Positions 7,725 to 18,371 of a stretch of DNA of 64,000 nt are shown piece by piece. Within the stretch, counting starts at the first letter, position 1; the number at the start of each line of letters is the position of its first letter. The stretch covers positions 305,709 to 369,708 of the forward strand of contig CAYLJX010000001.1 in assembly GCA_964384235.1 (NCBI GenBank), read 5' to 3'. The position numbers and the translations under genes are program-made. The DNA comes from an uncultured Bdellovibrionales bacterium. Its GTDB lineage: Bacteria; Patescibacteriota; Minisyncoccia; Moranbacterales; UBA1568. The notes below the pieces were generated by a model. That model saw nothing but the letters and a program-made list of their open reading frames with translations, was not told the origin of the DNA and ran no database searches.

Positions 7725-8528
7725 ATGCAAACGCATCATGACGCCCTCGGGCGTCCGAAACACATTTCCGTCCGAGGCATCGGCTGCAATCAGGAAAAGT
7801 GGCTTGAAGGAATTGCCGTCGAGAAGTATCCCCAAGGCGATCGCGACGGCTACCTCTGCTACGTCACGCCCGAAGCGCTCGACGAAGACGATCTCGACCG
7901 GGATATCCGTCTTTCCGGCGACGACAACCTGGCACATACGAAAGGATTGCCGGGATTCCACGGAGGCAAACGACTCTTCCACGGGAAACGCGGCGTCGCA
8001 ACCGTCTTTCAGGGACTTCGTCGCTTCTTCGAAGAACGTCGGATGGAATGCGCTCCGGATTATCTGGATATCGCCTTCAGGGCTCCGGTTTCTCCGGGCG
8101 ATAGGCTCCGCGTCTTTCTCCAGGAAGCTGACACCGGTGATGGTCGAAAAATCTTCGTCGAAGCCATCCGGCCAGACGAGGCGCCGTCGATAGTCATAAG
8201 CGGCGACATCCGTCTCAAATCAGGCGATCCGGACGGGTGGTATGTTCCGTTTACGCAAGGGCTCTGGGGCGGGGTAAGTACTCTGTTGGGAACCACATAC
8301 CCCGGTCCCGGTACCATCTACACCGGCGTCCGCGTCCAGTGCAAGCGCTTCCCGGACAACCTGCCCGTGATCCATCGGATAAACCTTTACAACGGCTCCG
8401 TATCACGGGAAGACTCCAGGAATCTCGTCATCCCGTTCATGGCAACCACTGCCCAGGGTATCGAGATCTTCCGCGGCGAATCCATCGTTCGCCCACCTCG
8501 CCAGCCCAAGCCGGCCCTACAATCGTAA
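7725..8528 (+). CDS. Hypothetical protein
   Basis: 267 aa ORF with an AAAGGAG RBS 6 nt upstream and a Rho-independent terminator downstream. No recognisable family. Confidence 0.5.
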   Translation: MQTHHDALGRPKHISVRGIGCNQEKWLEGIAVEKYPQGDRDGYLCYVTPEALDEDDLDRDIRLSGDDNLAHTKGLPGFHGGKRLFHGKRGVATVFQGLRRFFEERRMECAPDYLDIAFRAPVSPGDRLRVFLQEADTGDGRKIFVEAIRPDEAPSIVISGDIRLKSGDPDGWYVPFTQGLWGGVSTLLGTTYPGPGTIYTGVRVQCKRFPDNLPVIHRINLYNGSVSREDSRNLVIPFMATTAQGIEIFRGESIVRPPRQPKPALQS

Positions 8529-8576
8529 GGCCTCGGCTGGAGCCATGACTTGAACCAAAGTCCATCGGCTCCGAAA

Positions 8577-8618
8577 GCCCTCCACGCCACAAGCGTCCGG
8601 AGGGCTTTTTGCTTTTTG
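8577..8618 (+). terminator. Rho-independent terminator
   Basis: gccctccacgccacaagcgtccggagggc followed by tttttgctttttg. Confidence 0.7.
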
Positions 8619-8680
8619 TAAAGCGATAATTTTGCTATACTGAAAGAAAGGGAGGAAATACCCATTTTTTTGTAGTCTGT

Positions 8681-9421
8681 ATGTCCTATCCAGAGATTTC
8701 CGTCGTCGTCCCCTGCTACAAGGAAGCCGAAGTCATCGAAACAAACCTCCAAACGCTCGATACCTACCTCAAGGGACACTTCGAGCGCTATGAGGTCATC
8801 GTCGTCATCGATGGCAGCCCCGATCAGACCAAGGTGAACGTGGAGCGTTTCGGGAATACGTATCCCGAGATTCCTCTCGTACTGCTTCCTTTCGCCAAAA
8901 ACCAAGGGAAAGGTGCCGCCGTCAAGGCTGGTGTCCTCGCTTCCCGGTACGATCCGGTCCTTTTCATCGACGCCGATCTCACCATCCCGATTGAGGAGTT
9001 AGAGAAATTTCTCGCGGCGCTTCAGTCCGCCGACATGGCCATCGCCTCACGCCTCGTCTCGGGCTCCCATTTCGAGGAACCCATTCCCTGGCACCGCACC
9101 GTCATGGCGAGAAGCTTCCACCTCCTCCAGATCCTCCTTCTTGGCAATTTCGAGTTTTCCGACACCCAGTGCGGCTTCAAACTCTTCCGTCGTGATATCG
9201 CGCTACAACTTTTCCGGAAACTCACCATCGAGCGCTTCGCCTTCGACGCGGAACTCCTCTACCTCGCGAGCAAACTCAACCTGAGTGTCGCCGTCCTCCC
9301 CGTCACCGTCAAGAAAGACTCCCGCAACACCAACGTCAAGTTCCTCCGCGACTCGATCAACATGCTCTTCTCCCTCTTCCGCATCCGTCTCAACGACTGG
9401 ACGGGAAGATACAGATCTTGA
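8681..9421 (+). CDS. GT2 glycosyltransferase (dolichyl-phosphate beta-glucosyltransferase-like)
   Basis: 246 aa. VVVPCYKE and VIDGSPD (DxD) motifs are present. An AAGGGAGG RBS precedes it. Confidence 0.85.
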   Translation: MSYPEISVVVPCYKEAEVIETNLQTLDTYLKGHFERYEVIVVIDGSPDQTKVNVERFGNTYPEIPLVLLPFAKNQGKGAAVKAGVLASRYDPVLFIDADLTIPIEELEKFLAALQSADMAIASRLVSGSHFEEPIPWHRTVMARSFHLLQILLLGNFEFSDTQCGFKLFRRDIALQLFRKLTIERFAFDAELLYLASKLNLSVAVLPVTVKKDSRNTNVKFLRDSINMLFSLFRIRLNDWTGRYRS

Positions 9422-9461
9422 CTTTACAGACTTGATGGACCTTTCGACTTTACAGACTTCT

Positions 9462-10124
9462 ATGTGGATAGTTATCCCCGCGTACAATGAGGAGAAAGTG
9501 ATCCAGGATGTCATCCGCGAAATCCAAGCGGCCGGCTACCGACAGATCATCGTCGTGGATGACGGAAGCTGCGACCATACCTACGAGCGCGCCAAGGAAA
9601 TGCCCGGAGTAGTGACACTCAAGCACCTCATCAACCGCGGCAAAGGCGCCGCCGTGAAGACCGGAGTGGAAGCCGCCAAGTTTCTGGGTGCGGACAAGGT
9701 GGTCACGATGGACGGCGACGGCCAGCACAATCCCAAAGACATCGTCCCTATGCTCGACAAGATCCAGGAGGGATACGACGTCGTCCTCGGCAGTCGGCTC
9801 ATCGATTGTCAAAACATGCCGAAGTACAAGATCGTCCACAACCGCATCGGAAACCTCCTCGTCTGGATGCTCTACGGCCTCTTCGTGACCGACAGTCAGT
9901 CCGGCTTCCGTGCCTACTCCCACAAGGCGCTTCATACCATCGATACCAGGACCGACCGGTACGAATACGACAGCGAGGTCGTCCGCGAGATCCATCGCCA
10001 CAAGCTCAAGTTCATCGAGATCCCCATCGAGGTCCGCTACACCGAATACTCCATGAGCAAGCAGCACAAGATGAACCTCAAGAACGGTTTCAAGACTTTG
10101 GTCAAAATGTTGATCTCAAGTTAG
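9462..10124 (+). CDS. GT2 glycosyltransferase (polyprenyl-phosphate sugar transferase-like)
   Basis: MWIVIPAYNEE..., VVDDGS and TMDGDGQH motifs are present. The alternative in-frame ATG at 9435 is possible. The 5 prime extension in the ORF track overlaps the previous gene. Confidence 0.8.
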   Translation: MWIVIPAYNEEKVIQDVIREIQAAGYRQIIVVDDGSCDHTYERAKEMPGVVTLKHLINRGKGAAVKTGVEAAKFLGADKVVTMDGDGQHNPKDIVPMLDKIQEGYDVVLGSRLIDCQNMPKYKIVHNRIGNLLVWMLYGLFVTDSQSGFRAYSHKALHTIDTRTDRYEYDSEVVREIHRHKLKFIEIPIEVRYTEYSMSKQHKMNLKNGFKTLVKMLISS

Positions 10125-10134
10125 TCAAAAACCT

Positions 10135-10488
10135 ATGAATCTTTCCTTCTCCATTTTTCAGATTGCTCTCGCCGTCATCGCGCTCTATTTCATGACAGCC
10201 GGAACCGCCAAATTCCTCAAACAGGAAAAGAGCCAGACACTCTTCAAATTTCTCGTGACTATAGCCGTCTGGGGCAGCATCTTCGTCTTTTCCATCGTCC
10301 CGAGCGCCAGCCATTCGCTCTCCCGGTCTTTAGGTCTCGGCGACAACCTCAACACTCTCATCTTCATTGGTTTCGTCATTCTCTTCATGATCGTCTTCAA
10401 ACTCCTCTCCGTCATCGAGCGTCTAGAACGGAACATTTCCGAGATCGTCAGAAAAAAAGCCTTAGAAGAATTGGAAAAAGAAAACTAG
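10135..10488 (+). CDS. DUF2304-family small membrane protein (commonly paired with GT2 polyprenyl-phosphate transferases)
   Basis: 117 aa with 3-4 TM helices and a C-terminal charged coiled segment. Positioned between GT2 genes. Confidence 0.65.
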   Translation: MNLSFSIFQIALAVIALYFMTAGTAKFLKQEKSQTLFKFLVTIAVWGSIFVFSIVPSASHSLSRSLGLGDNLNTLIFIGFVILFMIVFKLLSVIERLERNISEIVRKKALEELEKEN

Positions 10489-10496
10489 CACCTTTT

Positions 10497-11549
10497 ATGG
10501 ATTCCACTCCCAAAGTCGCCGTCCTCATCCTCGGCTACAACCACAAGAAAACACTGGGAGACGCGCTCGACGCAGCGCTTGTTCAGACCTACCCGAATTA
10601 CACGCTCACCTATATCGACAACGCTTCCTCCGACGGTTCGGCGGAGATGGTCAAGCATGACTACCATACCGTCATCCTGATCCGAAACGAAGAAAACCTC
10701 GGCTACGCCGGCGGATACGATACCGCTGTCCAGCAGGCTTTTTCGGAGGGGTATGATATCGCCGTTCTCCTCAATCCCGACACGATCGCTGACAAGGAAT
10801 GGCTCTCCGAACTCGTCCGATCCGCCTCTGCTGCATCGGATATCGCGCTCGTGCAGTCCAAAGTTCTCATATGGGATAACGGTCCGACCGACCGGATCAA
10901 CACCTTCGGCAACGCGATCAATTTCCTCGGCTTCGGCTACTGCGGACACTACAAGAAAACGGACGGGGAAGCTTTCACGAAAGACCAAGATGTCACGTAT
11001 GCGAGCGGCTCGACTCTTCTCATCAAGAAAGAATACTACGGGGATACTATCACTTTCGATACTGATTACTTCGCCTACCTCGAGGACCAGGACTTCGGCT
11101 GGCAGGCCCGTCTTCAGGGATTACGAATCGTCGCCTCCGCTCGCTCCAAAGTCTGGCATCAATACGATTTCAAGAAGAAACACTTAAGCGGCTTCAAGTT
11201 CTATCTCCTGGAGCGGAACCGCCTCACCTTTCTTCTCAAATTCTTCAGCCTGAAGTTTCTCATCCTCATTTTCCCCGCCTTCATCATCATGGAACTCGGC
11301 GTACTCACGGATTCCATCTTTCACAGATACTTCCTCACCAAGCTCAAGAGTTATCGTGATTTCCTAATGGTGCTCCCTCAGACCCTGAAAAAACGAAAAC
11401 TCATCCAACGGGACAGAAAGAGAACCGACCGTGAACTCTTCCGCTTTTTAAGTCCCACGATCGAGTTCCAGGAAGTAGATTCCCCTTTCCTTCGTCTCGC
11501 CAATATCTTCCTGGAAGGATATTATTCCCTTGTGAAACATCTTCTCTAA
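10497..11549 (+). CDS. GT2 glycosyltransferase (rhamnosyltransferase/WbbL-like) with a C-terminal membrane region
   Basis: 350 aa with VLILGYNH, YIDNASSDGS and YLEDQDF motifs. Confidence 0.85.
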   Translation: MDSTPKVAVLILGYNHKKTLGDALDAALVQTYPNYTLTYIDNASSDGSAEMVKHDYHTVILIRNEENLGYAGGYDTAVQQAFSEGYDIAVLLNPDTIADKEWLSELVRSASAASDIALVQSKVLIWDNGPTDRINTFGNAINFLGFGYCGHYKKTDGEAFTKDQDVTYASGSTLLIKKEYYGDTITFDTDYFAYLEDQDFGWQARLQGLRIVASARSKVWHQYDFKKKHLSGFKFYLLERNRLTFLLKFFSLKFLILIFPAFIIMELGVLTDSIFHRYFLTKLKSYRDFLMVLPQTLKKRKLIQRDRKRTDRELFRFLSPTIEFQEVDSPFLRLANIFLEGYYSLVKHLL

Positions 11550-11566
11550 ACGAAACGTCACATTCT

Positions 11567-11941
11567 ATGTCTGCTGTCATTCTTTGGATCATCCTCTTCT
11601 GCATTGCGACCGTCATCTCGATCACTCTGACCGGGTCACGCTCCCTGATCAGCGGGGATCTCACGTTTCAAAAGATCATCGGCATGATCTTTGATTGGCG
11701 ATTCATCGTGGGGGCAAGCTTCGCTTTCCTGGCCCGTCTGTTCTTTATTCTCGTCAACAACGCCCTCCTGAAAATCCCCCATCTCGCGGAGAGTTCGACG
11801 ACCATCACGATGTTCATCACGTCCATCGCCCTCATCTTCGTGATCATCGCCAACTATTATTTCCTCGGGGAACGACTCAATCTCACCCAAGGCATCGGCG
11901 CCTTCATTATCATTATCGGCATCCTCGTCATCACACGCTAA
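11567..11941 (+). CDS. Small 4-TM membrane protein (GtrA/DMT-like, possible glycolipid flippase component)
   Basis: 124 aa, four predicted TM helices, sitting in the GT cluster. Confidence 0.55.
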   Translation: MSAVILWIILFCIATVISITLTGSRSLISGDLTFQKIIGMIFDWRFIVGASFAFLARLFFILVNNALLKIPHLAESSTTITMFITSIALIFVIIANYYFLGERLNLTQGIGAFIIIIGILVITR

Positions 11942-11958
11942 GACAACCGGCCCCGATT

Positions 11959-12945
11959 TTACCCTTTGGAATATATCCTAAAAAACATCGGGACCAACCG
12001 AAGCCGATACATCAGGATGAAACCATACACCGCGACCCGGTTCCGCAGAGTCTCGCCCACCGGACGAAACAGGCTTATATTTTCGTTCTGAGCGAACTTC
12101 GGGAAATGATTTTTCAGCCAAGCGAATATTTTCTGGAATTCCGCGACCATCATCCGGCGATCGGAATGTCTCCCGATAAACAAGAGATACCAGACGACAT
12201 ATCTGATGAAGTAAAACTCGATCTCGCTCCTGCCAGTGACACGGAGATCGTTTAGCCTGTCATAACAGGAATCCAGCAGAAACATGACGTTTATCCCGCT
12301 TTTGATGGTCTTTTGACTGGTATTGGAAACCGAGGCGGTATTGTAGAACCAATTATATCCGCAATAATCAACGAAGGAGATCCGATCGGTCAGATTGATA
12401 GCCTGCAGATTGAAGTAGACATCCTCCCCGATATTATTGTCGAGAAACAATATACCGTGCCTGAGTAGGAATTCCCGTCGGTATATCTTGGCCCAGGGTG
12501 CCATCACCATGTATCTCGACCACGAGACATCCTGCAACCGCATCTCATATATCGTTTTTTCCCCGTCCGTGCGGCGATATCCCCCGATCACCATGTCGGC
12601 GCCGCTCCTTTCCGCTTCCGTCACGAACCGCTCCAGATAATCGCTCTCCACGTAATCGTCATGATCGATGAATATGACATATTTCGAATCGGCATACCCT
12701 AATCCCTTATTCCTGGTCCTTGCTACGCCTTGGTTCTCCTGATCAAAGATTTGTATCTTGTCAGGATACTTCTTCTTGTATGCTTCCAGTATCGTCATCG
12801 ATCCATCCGATGATCCGTCATTGATCAGAATGATCTGATACTCCCGGTATGTATTGACAAGGATGCTTTCCAGGCACTTCGAAATCGTTTTCTCGGAATT
12901 AAAAACCGGGATAATGATGGAAATCATTGTTTTCATAGGATTCAT
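11959..12945 (-). CDS. GT2 glycosyltransferase
   Basis: ISIIIPVFNSEKTISKCLESIL and ILINDGSSDGS motifs. ATG verified. The alternative start is M4. Confidence 0.85.
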   Translation of the reverse strand: MNPMKTMISIIIPVFNSEKTISKCLESILVNTYREYQIILINDGSSDGSMTILEAYKKKYPDKIQIFDQENQGVARTRNKGLGYADSKYVIFIDHDDYVESDYLERFVTEAERSGADMVIGGYRRTDGEKTIYEMRLQDVSWSRYMVMAPWAKIYRREFLLRHGILFLDNNIGEDVYFNLQAINLTDRISFVDYCGYNWFYNTASVSNTSQKTIKSGINVMFLLDSCYDRLNDLRVTGRSEIEFYFIRYVVWYLLFIGRHSDRRMMVAEFQKIFAWLKNHFPKFAQNENISLFRPVGETLRNRVAVYGFILMYRLRLVPMFFRIYSKG

Positions 12946-12972
12946 CCGTCAGACAAGAATCGTTCCCAACCC

Positions 12973-14346
12973 TCAGAAGTAGCTCGATATGTCCTTATAG
13001 TAGTATTCCACGATCTTGCGGAACACGAAGAAGAACGAAATCAGCAGAAAGATAAAGAGTGCTGCCGGAATATTGTTTCTGATCCATTCGCTTTTGAACC
13101 GAAATTTCGACTTATATATCGAAAAGATAATAAGCGGCGCTATGGCAAGAAGGTACCTCCCTTGGACACCGCTCACGCGATCGTTCCCAACCTGTGTCCA
13201 AACAAGATACAACGAAAGGAACACCAATATGAACTGGGCGAGGAATGTACCCAGGAGTACCAGCCTCTGCCTCGAATCAAGAAGAACTGTTTCCTCCTTG
13301 CTTCGCAAGATAAGAACCATACCGACAGCCATAAATATATACCATAAGTCAGGCAGAGCAGTTTTCAACCATCCGGGTTTCAGAAAAAATGTCTCAAAAT
13401 AGAAGAAAAAACCTTTATACAAGGAATGAAAGACTGCGTAAAGGAAATGCAAAGGATCTTTAAGGACGCCCATGGCCTGTGCGTTCGGATCTATCCCTTT
13501 CGGGAACGCTCCCGGCTCACTGAATACGAATCGGAGCAGAAGAAAGAATAATATGTTGGCCGTAATGAAACCTGTCGCATACATCCAATATTTTTTGTTG
13601 CCCTGGAATTTTGACTTCTTCAAAAGCAACACGAGAAAACTGAGCAGGAGATATCCTGATTTTACATTGAGCGCCAAAAGCGAAAGTCCGAGAAGTGTCC
13701 AACCCTGTTTCACTGTCAGTCGGTCAGGATCACTTGCCAGTTTGAGGATATACGCCGTAAAAAGAAGAATGAAGCTGATATGTAGCGCATCATAGCTCAC
13801 CGATGACAACTGCTGTACCACCGACGGCAGGAGGCCAATCATTACGAAAATGATTTTCCCGAACGGCGCGATACGGATAGCGAAATAAATACCCGTAACA
13901 GCGGCAAGAAAAACCAAAAGACGTCCGAGATAAAACGAAACAAGCGGAGGAGCATTCGTCATGAGTCCCAGCTTCAATCCGATAGCCTGCAAGAGGTGTC
14001 CGGCCGGATGAGCTCCGCATATGGCGGTCGGAACTGACACTCCCACCGAACTTGCCGGAACAGTGAGCGCTTCAAAGAGTTTTGATCCACTCACTTTTTT
14101 ATCATCTTCCCCCTTTATTTTCACAAGCTTGGTATCATCAGGAAGAGATACATAGTTTTCAGGAACTATGCCGGGTTCCCCGCTACAGCGGATCTGTCCC
14201 GAAGCGATAGCCAGAGATTTGAAGTAATGCGCTGGTTCATCCGGTACTTGGAACGGCGGATTCAGAAAAAGCATTATCAGGCCAAAGACGAGCGCGGGAT
14301 ACAGATACACCGTTTCCAGATTCAAGGATTTCAATCGTTCAAACAT
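12973..14346 (-). CDS. Polytopic membrane protein, GT-C-like (DUF2142/YfhO-like glycosyl-transfer or polymer-processing membrane protein)
   Basis: 457 aa with more than 10 TM helices. The N-terminal periplasmic motif PPFQVPDEPAHY is GT-C-like. Confidence 0.55.
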   Translation of the reverse strand: MFERLKSLNLETVYLYPALVFGLIMLFLNPPFQVPDEPAHYFKSLAIASGQIRCSGEPGIVPENYVSLPDDTKLVKIKGEDDKKVSGSKLFEALTVPASSVGVSVPTAICGAHPAGHLLQAIGLKLGLMTNAPPLVSFYLGRLLVFLAAVTGIYFAIRIAPFGKIIFVMIGLLPSVVQQLSSVSYDALHISFILLFTAYILKLASDPDRLTVKQGWTLLGLSLLALNVKSGYLLLSFLVLLLKKSKFQGNKKYWMYATGFITANILFFLLLRFVFSEPGAFPKGIDPNAQAMGVLKDPLHFLYAVFHSLYKGFFFYFETFFLKPGWLKTALPDLWYIFMAVGMVLILRSKEETVLLDSRQRLVLLGTFLAQFILVFLSLYLVWTQVGNDRVSGVQGRYLLAIAPLIIFSIYKSKFRFKSEWIRNNIPAALFIFLLISFFFVFRKIVEYYYKDISSYF

Positions 14347-14375
14347 ATAGCATTCATCAGTTTACCTATCACAAA

Positions 14376-14909
14376 CTATTCTTTCACCGGTTCGAGTTCA
14401 TAATATACTTCCTGAGCCGGAACGATCCAGCAGAAGAACCGCTCGTATACCAATGGTGCGAGATTCACGAGAAAGGTCAGCGGCTTATTCTCGAACGAAT
14501 ACCGGCTGGTCTTGGTGATATAGAAGAAGAGTTTCTTCCTGCGTATCCGGAAACGGACCGGGGTATAGAAGGACATCTCGTTATTCTCCGTATAATAGTC
14601 CATCGTGAAGTACCCGAAAAACCGCTTATGCGTCGGATCGGTATAGGCCCCGAAATTGGTGAAGTGCGGAACAAAAATTTTTATCACTCCACCCTTCTTG
14701 GTGATGCGGTAGAGTTCAGCCATGAGAGTATTCAAGTCCTCCATATGCTCGAGGACATGTGCCGTAAACACCTCATCGAAGGCATTATCCTCGAACGGCA
14801 ATCGTTTCGTGATATCGGCGACGACATCCACCCCCTCGAGCGGACACCCGTCCAAATTAACATATCCCTTCCGGATATCTTTCCCGCATCCCAGATTCAA
14901 TCGTTTCAT
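14376..14909 (-). CDS. Class I SAM-dependent methyltransferase
   Basis: LNLGCGKD motif I and the HVLEHM motif. Confidence 0.8.
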   Translation of the reverse strand: MKRLNLGCGKDIRKGYVNLDGCPLEGVDVVADITKRLPFEDNAFDEVFTAHVLEHMEDLNTLMAELYRITKKGGVIKIFVPHFTNFGAYTDPTHKRFFGYFTMDYYTENNEMSFYTPVRFRIRRKKLFFYITKTSRYSFENKPLTFLVNLAPLVYERFFCWIVPAQEVYYELEPVKE

Positions 14910-14988
14910 ACTTTACCGAAAAAGAGAATGTTATTTATCTTCATTGTACCACACGGAATCTCGTTCCTACTCCATCCAACCATCTCAC

Positions 14989-16134
14989 CTATTTAGGCTT
15001 TTCATGATCACGCAAAACCCATTCCATTGCCATTACCGATCTTTCCCACGACCATTCCTTGGCTGTCTGATATCCATTCTCAACAAGCCTCTCTCGAAGA
15101 GTTTTATCGTTCATCAATTTTAAGATAGATTCTCTCGCTCCCTTGGTATCTCTTGAGTCGACTACCAGCGCATTGACACCACCCCGGATATATTCGTCAT
15201 AACCTGTCACTTTCGCGACGACGACGGCGCAACCGCAAGCCATCGCCTCCATCGGCGGACCGAAGAACCCTTCGACACGGCTCATCTTGAGAAAGATGTC
15301 ACAGGAAGAATATATCTTTTTCATCTCATCGATAGGCACGTTCTGAAAAAACCGGTCATACCGCCAACCCGGCTTCGGTTTGCCTTGATTGCTGACGATC
15401 CAGAGTTCCGCGTCAAGATCTTTTACCGCAGCATATGCATCTTCCATTCCTTTGAAGGGAACATCGATTGATCCTTCGATAAGCACTCGCAATTTGTTTC
15501 CCTTCGGTTCCAACGGTTCAGTCTTATGAAACATCACTGGGTCAAGCCCATTGGGGACATAATACGACTCGTGCCCAAACTCCTCTTTGAGCCATTGTTG
15601 GATCCACTTTGCCTCAGTAACATACTCCAAGGGCAATCGATATGTCTCCCTTATTTTTTTACAGAGATCTGGATCTTTTTGGAAAAAACGACTTTCATCA
15701 GATTGAACGAAGTAAACCTTCCTTCGTGCCTTCGCCAAAGTAACTGAAAAGGCAGTGCTGTAGCTCGTCGCAAACAGTATATCCGTATCTCCGTTCTGCA
15801 AGATTTTTCGAGTCTGCACATAAGGAACTACTTTTACTCTTTGATTCGGAAACCAATCGCTATCATTAGTGGCATTCAAAGAGAGAAGTTCGACATCATA
15901 ACCTTTCTGATACAACCTGTTCGCATGCTGAAAAATCACAGCAATCCCTCCGGAAATACCGGTTCCCGGGATAAGAAAACGTATTTTCGTTCCCCATGAC
16001 TGCGCCCCGCCATCTGTGGTAGCAAAAATATTTTTTTGCCTACACCAGCGTTTATACTCTCCATCAAAAAAGAACCGCGTCCCGATCGTCGCGTCATTCA
16101 GATAAAGATAAACCTTCTTCAAAAATCCCTTCAT
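14989..16134 (-). CDS. GT4-family glycosyltransferase (group 1)
   Basis: 381 aa with C-terminal E-x7-E-like PMEAMACGCAVV motifs. Confidence 0.75.
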   Translation of the reverse strand: MKGFLKKVYLYLNDATIGTRFFFDGEYKRWCRQKNIFATTDGGAQSWGTKIRFLIPGTGISGGIAVIFQHANRLYQKGYDVELLSLNATNDSDWFPNQRVKVVPYVQTRKILQNGDTDILFATSYSTAFSVTLAKARRKVYFVQSDESRFFQKDPDLCKKIRETYRLPLEYVTEAKWIQQWLKEEFGHESYYVPNGLDPVMFHKTEPLEPKGNKLRVLIEGSIDVPFKGMEDAYAAVKDLDAELWIVSNQGKPKPGWRYDRFFQNVPIDEMKKIYSSCDIFLKMSRVEGFFGPPMEAMACGCAVVVAKVTGYDEYIRGGVNALVVDSRDTKGARESILKLMNDKTLRERLVENGYQTAKEWSWERSVMAMEWVLRDHEKPK

Positions 16135-16154
16135 GAAAATCCTAACAATCGGAA

Positions 16155-17267
16155 TTAGATGTTTCTCAAACTTCTCTTCAATATCCGGAAAATTCTCACG
16201 ACAAACCTGTACATTTTCTTTCTTATTTTCTTCATTACCGAGTACTGACTAGGATATCTCAAAGAATGATAGACATGATACCGAGAAATCAGACTCATGA
16301 AATCTTTCGGTAAAAATCCTATGGATTGCTCCAAATAACGCGAATTATCATTCAATGACATGAATCGAAAGAGCGTTTCTATTCCGAATGCCTGTACATG
16401 AGAATGGGGCGACGTAAGCGCAAGCCTGCCCAGATAATACGGGATGCTCCGATTATCCTCTGATCCGAAACGAACAACTTCTGGAAAAACTTCCTTCAAA
16501 ACCGCATATTCGCGTATATGCTTCAGATAATTCTCAAGAATAAAGAAGGTTTCGTTGTATTCCGCATTGATAGTCCGTTCATCATCGGTACTCGACAGAT
16601 TCGTATTATCAGACATTCTCCTGTACTGGATCAGCGGAACGGCATTAAATGCTGGTTTTGTCACGAACAATAACCTCACGTGATATTCGTAGTCCTGGGT
16701 CATTCTCAATAATGGATGGAAATATCCTACGGTATCGGCAACACTCTTTCTGAGAAACATTCCTGGAGAAACACAAGCGTTTCCCTCCAAATACATTGTC
16801 CTGAGCAATGCCTTCTGGTCAAACCGTTCCGGTGGAACGTAGCTGTATTTTTGAATGGAACCATATTCGTCAATCTGCTGCAATTGCCCATACAGCACAC
16901 CTATGTCCGTATGCTGCTCCATATATGCGACATCATGCGATAGTTTCTCAGGAAGAAAAACGTCATCACATGACATGAGACAGAGGTATTCTCCATGAGC
17001 ATTCCGCAGGGAATTATTGAGGGTATGCGATACGTGACGATTCTTGTCGTTTTGAAAAACCCTGATCCTTGGATCCTGAGCTTCGTACCGCTTCAATACC
17101 TCCATGCTCCGGTCGGTCGAGCAGTCATCGGTTATAATAAGCTCCCAATTCGGATACGTCTGACGCAAAACAGACTCGATAAAATACGGGATGAATTTCT
17201 CGAAATTGTAGCTTGAGGCCACTATCGAGACCAGTGGTTTTTTTTCACTCATACGCATTGATGACAT
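16155..17267 (-). CDS. GT2 glycosyltransferase
   Basis: [10 protein letters not shown] and ITDDCSTD motifs. In-frame ATGs at 17258 and 17252 would reduce the 23-nt overlap with the aminotransferase. Confidence 0.85.
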   Translation of the reverse strand: MSSMRMSEKKPLVSIVASSYNFEKFIPYFIESVLRQTYPNWELIITDDCSTDRSMEVLKRYEAQDPRIRVFQNDKNRHVSHTLNNSLRNAHGEYLCLMSCDDVFLPEKLSHDVAYMEQHTDIGVLYGQLQQIDEYGSIQKYSYVPPERFDQKALLRTMYLEGNACVSPGMFLRKSVADTVGYFHPLLRMTQDYEYHVRLLFVTKPAFNAVPLIQYRRMSDNTNLSSTDDERTINAEYNETFFILENYLKHIREYAVLKEVFPEVVRFGSEDNRSIPYYLGRLALTSPHSHVQAFGIETLFRFMSLNDNSRYLEQSIGFLPKDFMSLISRYHVYHSLRYPSQYSVMKKIRKKMYRFVVRIFRILKRSLRNI

Positions 17268-18342
17268 CCACGACTCTTCGCATCTCCTCTTCAGTGATCA
17301 CGGGAGAAATCGGGAGGCTGAGCACCTCCCGATGGATCTGTTCGGTAACCGGAAAATACAAATCATTCAACTCCGCGTAAGCGCGTTGCTTATGGGGCGG
17401 AACAGGATAATGTATCACCGTTTCAATCCCGTTTTCATCAAGATACTTCTTCAAGACATCTCTTTTCTTGCACCTGATAACAAACAGATGCCAGACATGC
17501 GAACCCTCTTCACTTGCCACATGAGGCAACGCAATAGACTTGTTTTTTATATGTGAGAGATAATAACGGGAAACAGCCCGCCTCTTCTCGTTGTCCTTAT
17601 CGAGCTCGGAAAGCTTCACCGACAAGATAGCAGCCTGAAGCTCATCCAGCCTTGCATTCATTCCCTTATAAAGATTCTCATATTTCACCAATGACCCGTA
17701 ATTTCTCAGACAACGAACTTTTTCAGCGATCATATCATCATCGGTCGTAACCATCCCCCCATCACCAAGTGCCCCGAGATTCTTCCCAGGATAAAACGAA
17801 AACCCGTTACAATCCCCAAATGAACCCACCCTTTTCTGCGCGTATATACTTCCATGAGCCTGAGCGCAATCCTCTATCACTTTTAAGTCATTCTTTCGTG
17901 CTATTTCCATGATAGAAGACATGTCACATGATTGACCATACAGATGAACCGGGATAATAGCCTTCGTTTTCGGCGTGATCGCTCGCTCGATATTTTTCGG
18001 ATCGATAGTATATGTCCTGATATCCGGCTCCACCAAGACAGGCTTTGCACCCGTCGAAGATACCGCAAGAACGCTTGCGATATAAGTATTTGAAGGAACC
18101 AATACCTCGTCACCATCAGATATGCCAACGGCCTTTAAGGAAATGATCAGTGCATCAAGACCATTGGACACGCCCAATGCATGCTTTACTCCGCAATATT
18201 CCGCAAAACGTCTCTCAAACTCCTCCCCCTCTCTCCCTAAAATATACCATCCGGAATCAAGAACTCGTTTCATCGCCGCATCGATTTCTTTTCGATAGCG
18301 ATCGTTTATCTTATGCAAATCAAGAAATTTGACCGTGTCCAT
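17245..18342 (-). CDS. DegT/DnrJ/EryC1/StrS-family PLP-dependent sugar aminotransferase (FdtB/WecE-like)
   Basis: 365 aa. Motifs include [16 protein letters not shown], and [15 protein letters not shown] containing the lysine. Confidence 0.9.
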   Translation of the reverse strand: MDTVKFLDLHKINDRYRKEIDAAMKRVLDSGWYILGREGEEFERRFAEYCGVKHALGVSNGLDALIISLKAVGISDGDEVLVPSNTYIASVLAVSSTGAKPVLVEPDIRTYTIDPKNIERAITPKTKAIIPVHLYGQSCDMSSIMEIARKNDLKVIEDCAQAHGSIYAQKRVGSFGDCNGFSFYPGKNLGALGDGGMVTTDDDMIAEKVRCLRNYGSLVKYENLYKGMNARLDELQAAILSVKLSELDKDNEKRRAVSRYYLSHIKNKSIALPHVASEEGSHVWHLFVIRCKKRDVLKKYLDENGIETVIHYPVPPHKQRAYAELNDLYFPVTEQIHREVLSLPISPVITEEEMRRVVDVINAYE

Positions 18343-18371
18343 ACGTGTTCCCGTATCTGATTATTTCTTTA

